The notes beneath the pieces were generated by a model that was given only the letters and a program-made list of their open reading frames with translations, ran no database searches and had not been told where the DNA came from. Shown piece by piece: positions 27,426 through 36,627 of a DNA stretch of 63,755 nt (its first letter is position 1; the number at the start of each line of letters is the position of its first letter). This DNA is from an uncultured Clostridia bacterium (lineage in GTDB: Bacteria; Bacillota; Clostridia; Christensenellales; UBA1242), in contig CALWFA010000002.1 in assembly GCA_944377465.1 (NCBI GenBank), forward strand, positions 1-63,755. Reading direction: 5' to 3'. Made by a program: the position numbers and the translations under genes.

Positions 27426-28946
27426 TTAATTATTTTTTATAGACTTTTTTCTCTTTCGTAGAATCAAAGATTTAAGGTTAGAGAGATCATAAAGGTTGAA
27501 GACTTTGATCAATATCAAGGACAATATTAGGCTTAGTCCGCCACCGATGAGTCCAGAGAAGAAAGATGTAAATATATGTAAGCAGATATTTGATATAAAA
27601 TGACCAATCAAACTAGCAGGTATCACTATCAGAAAATATTTTGAGATCAATTTCATCATGCTTAGGTTAAGATTTGGCACAGTTTTTTTCATCATTCTTA
27701 TATTTAGCGCAGTGATAGTGCTCATCGATAGGAAGAATGATAATATTATTGAGTTTATACCCACCAGCGGAGTGAAGGCGACGAGACTTATGAATAGTAC
27801 GATCGAGCCGATTAGATAATTCACAAAGGATTTCACTTCACAGTTTAGCGCATTCAAAATACTGCCAGTCAGATTACATAGAGTGATCGGTACTATGCAT
27901 ATAGCAGAGAGCTGTAGAAGGGTGCCTGACAGGGCATTGTCATATAGCACTATTCCGATCAGATCGCCTACGGAGATATATAATGGTACAAATATCATGC
28001 TGATAAATATTGATACATCTATAGAGCTAGTGATATTATGTCGTATAGGGTCATATTCATTTTTGCTCATCATAGAGCTGATAGAAGGTACTAGCACCAT
28101 GCTGATACTACCTATCACAGACATAGGTACGAAGAGCATAGGAAAGGTCATACCCATGATCACGCCGAAACTGGATACTGCCTCGCTAGTCGAATAGCCA
28201 GACAGGAGTAGCATATTAGGTATAATAAGTGTGGTCAGAGGTTGTACTAGTGAATTGGCAAGTCGAACGCCAGTGATCGGGAAAGCACTCTTGGCAATAT
28301 TTTTGTATTCACCACGCTTGAAATTCAGACGACTATGTCTAAAGTAAATGAAAATAGTGATCAATGCCGAGAATAAGCAGGTGAGATTAAATGCAATGGC
28401 TGAATATTCCGTGGCTACAAAATAGTCTGTGATAGAGAATAGCATCACGAAAGTCAAGGCAAATCTAATAATCTGCTCTAGGAGCTCAGTCAAGCCACAA
28501 CTGAAATAATCGTTTTGTCCCCACATAGCACCGCGAAAGATCGCATATATCGCACTGAAAATCACAGAAGGGAGTAGAATGATGAGTAATTCTACTGCAC
28601 GATAGTCGGTGAGAATAATGCCCCAGACGGATTTTAGTAAATATATAAAAATGCAGGATAAAACCGCAATCGATAAAGCGATGCTTAGAGCAGAGGTGAC
28701 GACTCTATCTCTTCTCTTTAGTTCATTATTTGCCTCATATTTTGATACCAGTTTGGCAGTGGTCAGAGGTAGCCCACTAGATATCAGTGTCATAAATATA
28801 GCTAGTACTGAGCTAGCCATTTGAAATAATCCAATGCCTTCCGCGCCTAATTTTCGGGTGAGAAATATGCGGAAAACGAATCCCAACGCTCTAGTAATGA
28901 CCGAAAATATAGTGACGGTGGCTACAGCTTTAAATATAGATTTCAT
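27426..28946 (-). CDS. MOP-superfamily flippase (SpoVB/YtgP-like polysaccharide biosynthesis protein)
   Basis: About 14 hydrophobic helices. The typical N-terminus is MKSIFKAVATVTIFSVITRALGFVFRIFLTRKLGAEGIGLFQMA. I prefer ATG 28946 over the ORF-track start 28991. Confidence 0.85.
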   Translation of the reverse strand: MKSIFKAVATVTIFSVITRALGFVFRIFLTRKLGAEGIGLFQMASSVLAIFMTLISSGLPLTTAKLVSKYEANNELKRRDRVVTSALSIALSIAVLSCIFIYLLKSVWGIILTDYRAVELLIILLPSVIFSAIYAIFRGAMWGQNDYFSCGLTELLEQIIRFALTFVMLFSITDYFVATEYSAIAFNLTCLFSALITIFIYFRHSRLNFKRGEYKNIAKSAFPITGVRLANSLVQPLTTLIIPNMLLLSGYSTSEAVSSFGVIMGMTFPMLFVPMSVIGSISMVLVPSISSMMSKNEYDPIRHNITSSIDVSIFISMIFVPLYISVGDLIGIVLYDNALSGTLLQLSAICIVPITLCNLTGSILNALNCEVKSFVNYLIGSIVLFISLVAFTPLVGINSIILSFFLSMSTITALNIRMMKKTVPNLNLSMMKLISKYFLIVIPASLIGHFISNICLHIFTSFFSGLIGGGLSLILSLILIKVFNLYDLSNLKSLILRKRKKSIKNN

Positions 28947-29030
28947 ACTTGTCCTATATAAATATATAAAAATTCCAAAAAATATATACATTAATATTCA
29001 CAAATGAAATAGAGATGAATATATAAATAT

Positions 29031-29339
29031 ATGAAGATAAATATAGCAAAAGAGTTTTATTATAGAGTAAGGAAAGGCGATGAGATAAATGATATATGTC
29101 AGAGCATGAATACTAGTAGAGAAAATATTGCCTTTGACCGAGGCAAGCCAGAAATTCTACCTGGTGAATGGATAAAGGTGAGAGTAAATGACTATATGAC
29201 ACATATCGTAAAGCCCTTGGATACGATAGATAAAATAGCAAAACGATATGATATAAGCACCGAAAATCTAAAGAAAGATAATCAGCTGACGACTGAAAAA
29301 CTCTATATAGGACAACTAATAAAGATATATAAAAGATAA
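29031..29339 (+). CDS. LysM domain protein (102 aa)
   Basis: C-terminal LysM (THIVKPLDTIDKIAKRYDISTENLKKDNQLTTEKLYIGQLIKI) and a degenerate N-terminal LysM (YRVRKGDEINDICQSM...). Confidence 0.7.
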   Translation: MKINIAKEFYYRVRKGDEINDICQSMNTSRENIAFDRGKPEILPGEWIKVRVNDYMTHIVKPLDTIDKIAKRYDISTENLKKDNQLTTEKLYIGQLIKIYKR

Positions 29340-29486
29340 AATGATTGCTAGATAATAAAAAAAATTATATTTATCAAGCAAAAGTATGCAAAAGCAATAT
29401 AAAATATCGAAAATTTGCAAAGTATCATAATAAAAAACTTTTGAGATAAATTAAAAGTAAATACAAAAATAGAATATAGTAAAAAT

Positions 29487-29515
29487 AAAAAAACGAGATT
29501 ATTCATCTCGTTTTT
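29487..29515. terminator. bidirectional intrinsic terminator
   Basis: AAACGAGAT-N5-ATCTCGTTT hairpin flanked by A7 and T5. It overlaps the stop codon of the 1083-aa gene on the minus strand. Confidence 0.7.
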
Positions 29516-32500
29516 CCTTTTTTGATCTCTTCTTTGTAGGCTTGCTGTCAGTTTGCTCAGTAGCTGTCGTATTTTGTTCGTCCACACTCACATCGGATAT
29601 ATTGTCCTTAGGATCTACATCTTCATCTGAGTCAGTGTCCGTAGTGAATACTCGCTCACGCTCGAGCTTTTTAGCTAGACTATTCAAATATTGTTCAGAT
29701 TTGAGATATTCGAGCTGTGACTCCATTTTACTGATGTTTAGACCAATAGTAGAAGACATTTTTTGTTGCTTTTTCATCTCTTTTTCTAGCTTATTTATTT
29801 CTGATTGATCTGCGCGATGAAGTTTCATTTGGCGAAGGTTAGATAAATCTTGTTTGTATTTAGTTTCATAGTCTTCACGCTCTTTTTTCATCTCAGATAT
29901 TTCATCAGATAGCTCACGCACTTGTTGTTCACGCTGTATGCTAGCTTGCCTTGAATAATATTGTTTCGATAGAGTAGATTTTCTGTCATAGCTATTTTTA
30001 GTTTTCTTTCTAGGTTTCTTCCATTTTACTTTTTTGATCAATACACCGACTATTGCTATTACTATTGCGAGAGCAAAGATAATACTAGAGATATAATAGA
30101 ATAGAGTAGATGGGTCGAAGGTATTGTCGTTCGTAGTGGTCTCAGAATTATCACTTTCGCTATCGTCTGTATCAGTAGCCGTCTCTCTCAAGATCTTTGT
30201 GTTGTAATTGTTTGATAGATTTGCGAATGTTTCTTCGGTAAAGTTTTCTGTCTCGTCAGCAAATTCAATATTTGCAAAGAATACATCTCCCGACACCTTC
30301 GCCGAACTGCTACCTAAGGATAACTCTATATATGTGGTGACATCTTCGTTTGGACTAATATAGAAGGTGTAGGTGGTCCAACGATTGTTCGATACGACTT
30401 CTGAGAAATAGTCATCAAAGCCAGAGAGCCCCACGCTAGCACCAAGCAATTCTTGATCTACTGAAGCGTCTTTGATCTCAAGATTTTGAGTATATACTGA
30501 GACAGAGATTCTATAGTAATTACCAGATTTTAGATCAAACCCGAGTGAAGAAGTAAGAGTATAATACGCATCGTCGAGTGTCCTAATCATCAATACATTT
30601 CGGTTCTCTCCAGAGAAACTCCTAAAAGCTCCGTAATTTTCCGAACTAGCTACTACTTGTCTAATCACACTGCTGTCTGTAGAATCAACTAAATAATAGT
30701 TATTGTCATTACCGTCGAAAGTAAAGTAACTAGGCTTAGACAATCCTGTACCTGTCGCAGCCATTAAGTTAGATAGATCTACTTTTGTGATATTCTCACC
30801 TGAGATATTTGCAAAGTCATCACTAGTCCATTCTAATGCCAAAAATGCTACATCATCTATAAAGCCTGCTGCTGTATTCTCGCTGTCCAATGTGGCACGC
30901 ACTGACACACTTAGGTCACGGTCTCCAGTGAATATATAGAAAGTTATTTGTTTCCATTCTTGAATATTTGTTTCGACAGTCTTAGTAGCGAGCACTACTT
31001 CGTTGCTATTTAGAGTAGAGACTATGGATATGTCCATTGGAGCATATTGTGTCTGTACATAGAGAGATATTCTATAATATGAATTCGCAGTCAGATCTTT
31101 TGTACCACTTGTGTAGTTGATAGCATTGTTGCTCGCATTATATAGCATCAATACATTATTATTGTCATAAGTAGCATTGTTTTTATATGGATTTAGAGGA
31201 TTTCTAATAGATCTAAGATTAGAAGAGATTTTATTGAATTCTTCTGTACCTGTGTTGATCACACCAGAATTAGTGTAGTCGCCCTCACTGCCTTGAGTCC
31301 AATTCGCTGGTAAAGCAGGGTATTGATTAGTGACATTATCTATTTGTATATCATTAAAGTTGCCATTAGTGAAATAATATTCATTGTCACTGTCATATGT
31401 GAAATTCGAAGCAAGGTCTAACTTTTGAACATTATCACCAGTCGAAGCGTTTGAATAGTACGAATAAGCGACTTTTGATACTCTAATCGTATTTATATAT
31501 AGCTCACCCGATGCTGTCTCTGCTTCTGTATCGCTTGTAGGAGGTTCACCCATGCTCACGACTAACTTAAAATTCGTGTCCATAAGCGGATGAGAGCGTA
31601 CATAGAAAGTAAAGGTCTCATAGTCGTTCATTAGATTGCCATCTTCTCCAGTGTCCGAGCTGATCGAGAGTGATTGTTCGCTCACTTCGTCATCATTACC
31701 ATTTAGATCAGAGTCTGTACGCACTAACTTGATCGAAGCACTGCCTGAGATGTCTTTCACTTTTGCATTTATTTCTATCTTATATACATTATTCTGCTCT
31801 AGGGTGAGATAATCATCCGAAGTAGAGAATTCTACGAAGGTAGCATTGTCTTCTGAAATGGACAATTTGAAAGCGGAGTCATTTCGCCCATCAGTAGCAT
31901 CTGTATTAGTATTTGCGTTAATTATTCCGTCAGTGAAGTTCTGATTATTTGGATCGAATGTGCTGAGTGAAAATGTATCGTCCGACATGGTCATTTCTGA
32001 TACCATATTTTCGACTTCACTCTTATAAGTGTAAGTCCCTGCCTTTTGTTGATTCATGCGGTCAGTAAAGGTATTTTCATTTAGCTCAAAGGCGGACAAT
32101 GTGTCAAATAGGGCTATACCATTACCATCTAGAGACATACGGATTTTCACATTAATATCATCCAAGCCCGTAGCGATAAAGAAGGTATAAGTATTCCACC
32201 CGTTAGAAGCAATGTTCGTAATAGATGCATATTCAGCATCATCATTGTCTGCATCTAGCAGATATAGATTCGCTATTCTATGAGCTTCGCCCGTCTCAGT
32301 AGGAGTGTAGACAAGTACAGAGATTGTATAATAAGAATTGGCAGATAGCTCGATTGAGCCATTCGTAGTGTAGCTGAATTGATCTGGTCGGTTGTTTGAA
32401 TTGATCATCAATACATAATCATCATTGAGCGTAGGACTATCATACTGAGCATATTGCTCTTCGCTAGTGTCGATGACGCCCGCAGTCACACCCGTAGGAT

Positions 32501-32750
32501 CGTCCGAATTGTCTGGCTCAGCACTCGATGTGTAGCCAGTAGGAGAAAACGGAAATTCATCATCTGGGCTAGATGCAAAGTCCGAATTAGTAATGCTGAT
32601 AGGTGATTGATAATTCATAGCATTCGATGAAGATATATTGTCATCAAAAAATACTAGTACACCTATATATGCTAAGACTAACACTATCACTGCAGTGATA
32701 GTGCATACGATTTTTTTAGTGAATTTATTTCTGTATCTATTAGTAATCAT
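29499..32750 (-). CDS. double-anchored surface protein with four CBM4/9-like modules and a cytoplasmic coiled-coil tail (1083 aa)
   Basis: N-terminal TM (aa ~14-35). Four ~115-aa modules share NVLM..., L.ANSYY.IS..V.T and W..YTF.I motifs. A second TM (aa ~883-905) is followed by a 175-aa K/E/Q-rich heptad-like tail. Confidence 0.85.
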   Translation of the reverse strand: MITNRYRNKFTKKIVCTITAVIVLVLAYIGVLVFFDDNISSSNAMNYQSPISITNSDFASSPDDEFPFSPTGYTSSAEPDNSDDPTGVTAGVIDTSEEQYAQYDSPTLNDDYVLMINSNNRPDQFSYTTNGSIELSANSYYTISVLVYTPTETGEAHRIANLYLLDADNDDAEYASITNIASNGWNTYTFFIATGLDDINVKIRMSLDGNGIALFDTLSAFELNENTFTDRMNQQKAGTYTYKSEVENMVSEMTMSDDTFSLSTFDPNNQNFTDGIINANTNTDATDGRNDSAFKLSISEDNATFVEFSTSDDYLTLEQNNVYKIEINAKVKDISGSASIKLVRTDSDLNGNDDEVSEQSLSISSDTGEDGNLMNDYETFTFYVRSHPLMDTNFKLVVSMGEPPTSDTEAETASGELYINTIRVSKVAYSYYSNASTGDNVQKLDLASNFTYDSDNEYYFTNGNFNDIQIDNVTNQYPALPANWTQGSEGDYTNSGVINTGTEEFNKISSNLRSIRNPLNPYKNNATYDNNNVLMLYNASNNAINYTSGTKDLTANSYYRISLYVQTQYAPMDISIVSTLNSNEVVLATKTVETNIQEWKQITFYIFTGDRDLSVSVRATLDSENTAAGFIDDVAFLALEWTSDDFANISGENITKVDLSNLMAATGTGLSKPSYFTFDGNDNNYYLVDSTDSSVIRQVVASSENYGAFRSFSGENRNVLMIRTLDDAYYTLTSSLGFDLKSGNYYRISVSVYTQNLEIKDASVDQELLGASVGLSGFDDYFSEVVSNNRWTTYTFYISPNEDVTTYIELSLGSSSAKVSGDVFFANIEFADETENFTEETFANLSNNYNTKILRETATDTDDSESDNSETTTNDNTFDPSTLFYYISSIIFALAIVIAIVGVLIKKVKWKKPRKKTKNSYDRKSTLSKQYYSRQASIQREQQVRELSDEISEMKKEREDYETKYKQDLSNLRQMKLHRADQSEINKLEKEMKKQQKMSSTIGLNISKMESQLEYLKSEQYLNSLAKKLERERVFTTDTDSDEDVDPKDNISDVSVDEQNTTATEQTDSKPTKKRSKKEKRDE

Positions 32751-32848
32751 TATAACCTCTTCATTAATTATTGCAATAAACTAATTTATTATAATACAAA
32801 CTATAAAAAAAGGCAAATAAATTTAATCAAAATAGCCACAATAACATT

Positions 32849-33211
32849 ATGAAGAAGGTAAAAAAAATCTATATCTTTCTTTTTGGTGCAATCATTGGTG
32901 TGATCAATGGTTTTTTTGGTGGTGGTGGAGGAATGGTGGTCGTACCTTTGCTGAATAAAATGTTCGGTTTGGAGCAAAAAAAGGCTCAGGCGACAGCCCT
33001 ATTTGTGATACTACCTATAAGCCTAGTGAGCACTATTGTGTATATGTCCTTTCACTCGATTGATTTTCAAAATGGGTGGCCAGTGATCTTGGGAATCATA
33101 GCGGGAGGAGTGATAGGCGCGTGTTTACTAAATAAACTAAAGAATAATATCATAAAGGGAATATTCATCTTCTTTATGTTTTTAGGCGGGATAGCGATGC
33201 TTATATGGTAG
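32849..33211 (+). CDS. TauE/SafE (TSUP) family half-size membrane protein (120 aa)
   Basis: FLFGAIIGVINGFFGGGGGMVVVPLLNKMFGLEQKKAQATALFVILPISL is the typical TauE N-terminal repeat. Only about 4 TM helices. Confidence 0.75.
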   Translation: MKKVKKIYIFLFGAIIGVINGFFGGGGGMVVVPLLNKMFGLEQKKAQATALFVILPISLVSTIVYMSFHSIDFQNGWPVILGIIAGGVIGACLLNKLKNNIIKGIFIFFMFLGGIAMLIW

Positions 33212-33218
33212 GTAGTAT

Positions 33219-33608
33219 ATGATATTTTGGGAAATTTTTGCGGGTGCTTTAGGTGGAATTATTGGCGGAATGGGCATGGGTGGCGGTACACTTACGATAC
33301 CAATTTTGACCGTTTTTTTATCCTATGCACAGCTGAGCGCACAGGGTATAAATTTGATTGCTTTTTTGCCGATGTCCATCGTGGCACTATCAATTCATAT
33401 CAAAAATCATTTAGTCGCCTTTAAGCAGACATGGTTGTTAGCACTCATTGGTAGTGCGTTTAGTTTGATTGGTGCATTGATAGCAAACCATATGTCAAAC
33501 GCGGTGTTGAAAAAACTATTCGCCGTATTTTTGATAGGACTTGCGATATGGCAGTTGATAGAATTGATACGATCAAAGCGTCAGAAAGCGGACAAAAAGG
33601 AAGAATGA
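33219..33608 (+). CDS. TauE/SafE (TSUP) family half-size membrane protein (129 aa)
   Basis: FAGALGGIIGGMGMGGGTLTIPILTVFLSYAQLSAQGINLIAFLPMSI. About 4 TM helices. Starts 7 nt after the upstream gene. Confidence 0.75.
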   Translation: MIFWEIFAGALGGIIGGMGMGGGTLTIPILTVFLSYAQLSAQGINLIAFLPMSIVALSIHIKNHLVAFKQTWLLALIGSAFSLIGALIANHMSNAVLKKLFAVFLIGLAIWQLIELIRSKRQKADKKEE

Positions 33609-34315
33609 TTTATGACGATATCGATCAAATAATATTTTAATTTACTTGATATGTTTTGTTCATCTTCAATCTCATCGAATAGGTTGACATATTGAGATAT
33701 TTTAGATAGGTATTTTTTCGCAATGTTCAATCGAGAATCACTTTTGAATAGCTCTAAAAAATGGTCTTTGCAGTCAGAAAAGTCAGTCTTAATATTTGAT
33801 AAAATCATGTTGATTTCACTATCTGATATATTATTAGAATCGTATTGAATGATTGTATTATATAATGAGTTTATGAGCTTTTCATTAGCATTAATTTGCT
33901 CTTTTATACAATCTTGCTGAGAAGATGAAAGCTCATTTGATAGCGAGACTTTGTCTATTTCTATGGTATAAACTTTAGCAGTAGGATAGTCGGTGAGTAG
34001 ATTTTCACTTACAGTGTTAGCATCTTCTTCATCTGGATAGTAAGATGCGAGTACATGATACTTCCCGTCATAATATACATATCCCGCTCCGCCTAATGCG
34101 CTTATTTCATTGGCTAAAGTACTGGCATCTTTATAGTTTAGGAAAGAATTAATTTCTACAAAATACACTTCTGTGTAGGTTTTAGATTTTGGATAAACGA
34201 GCATGGCAATACCGGTCAAGATTATTATGAAAAAGATGATCAGAGAAAAACCAGCAGTCTTATGAGAGTTTATCTTTTTTTTATATTGGTAATAATCAAA
34301 ATAGTAATTTTGCAT
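33581..34315 (-). CDS. membrane-anchored SPOR-domain protein (244 aa)
   Basis: N-terminal TM helix. SPOR-like beta-alpha-beta-beta pattern (YFVEINSFLNYKDASTLANEISALGGAGYVYYDGKYHVLASYYPDEEDANTVSENL). The 3' end overlaps the convergent TauE gene by 28 nt. Confidence 0.6.
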   Translation of the reverse strand: MQNYYFDYYQYKKKINSHKTAGFSLIIFFIIILTGIAMLVYPKSKTYTEVYFVEINSFLNYKDASTLANEISALGGAGYVYYDGKYHVLASYYPDEEDANTVSENLLTDYPTAKVYTIEIDKVSLSNELSSSQQDCIKEQINANEKLINSLYNTIIQYDSNNISDSEINMILSNIKTDFSDCKDHFLELFKSDSRLNIAKKYLSKISQYVNLFDEIEDEQNISSKLKYYLIDIVINHSSFLSAF

Positions 34316-34407
34316 ACTTATTTTATTAAATTAAAATTATTTTTATGAAAAGTGTCAGTCTAACATAAAAAATAAAAATTTTTAGGTTATAATGGGTGGG
34401 AGGTAAT

Positions 34408-36302
<1,895 letters not shown>

Positions 36303-36535
36303 TAGCTAGATGAGCTTTCTATTTTGATTGATTAAGCGGGCACTAAGATGACTGGAGATAGTGTAAGGAAATCATAGACTAGTGAAAAACATATCTTAAT
36401 ATTTCACCTAATACCATTGTGAATACTATCACCATGCATAAAAACTTTCAAAAATTTTAATGAAATACTTGATCAAAAAAAATTACTAAAATACATAAAA
36501 TTTTTATAAAGGGTAAGAAAATCAATAAAAAATAA

Positions 36536-36565
36536 GAAAAAATGCGTGTTTTCACGCATTTTTTT
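36536..36565. terminator. bidirectional intrinsic terminator (groEL / valS convergent)
   Basis: AATGCGTG-TTTT-CACGCATT hairpin flanked by an A-run and a T-run. Confidence 0.8.
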
Positions 36566-36627
36566 GTAATAAATTATTTTTTGAATAAATTGATATGACT
36601 TTTTACTGATCTCTTTATGTTTTCGAT

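Noticed and set aside
28947-28991. A 15-codon N-terminal extension of the flippase ORF (MYIFFGIFIYLYRTS).
   Set aside because: The family N-terminus begins at MKSIFKAV... (ATG 28946). The extension runs into the divergent promoter region. The choice remains uncertain, since the SD for either start is weak.
29348-29587. A 79-aa minus-strand ORF overlapping the end of the 1083-aa gene.
   Set aside because: It is out of frame, spans the terminator and AT-rich intergenic DNA, has a phenylalanine/isoleucine-rich nonsense composition, and has no signals.
32820-32851. Possible additional leaderless starts (TauE half 1 at 32849, LysM at 29031, SPOR at 34315), all of which lack clear SDs.
   Set aside because: The -10-like hexamers are weak or at the wrong distance (1-4 nt or ambiguous). 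I did not count them with the four clean cases.
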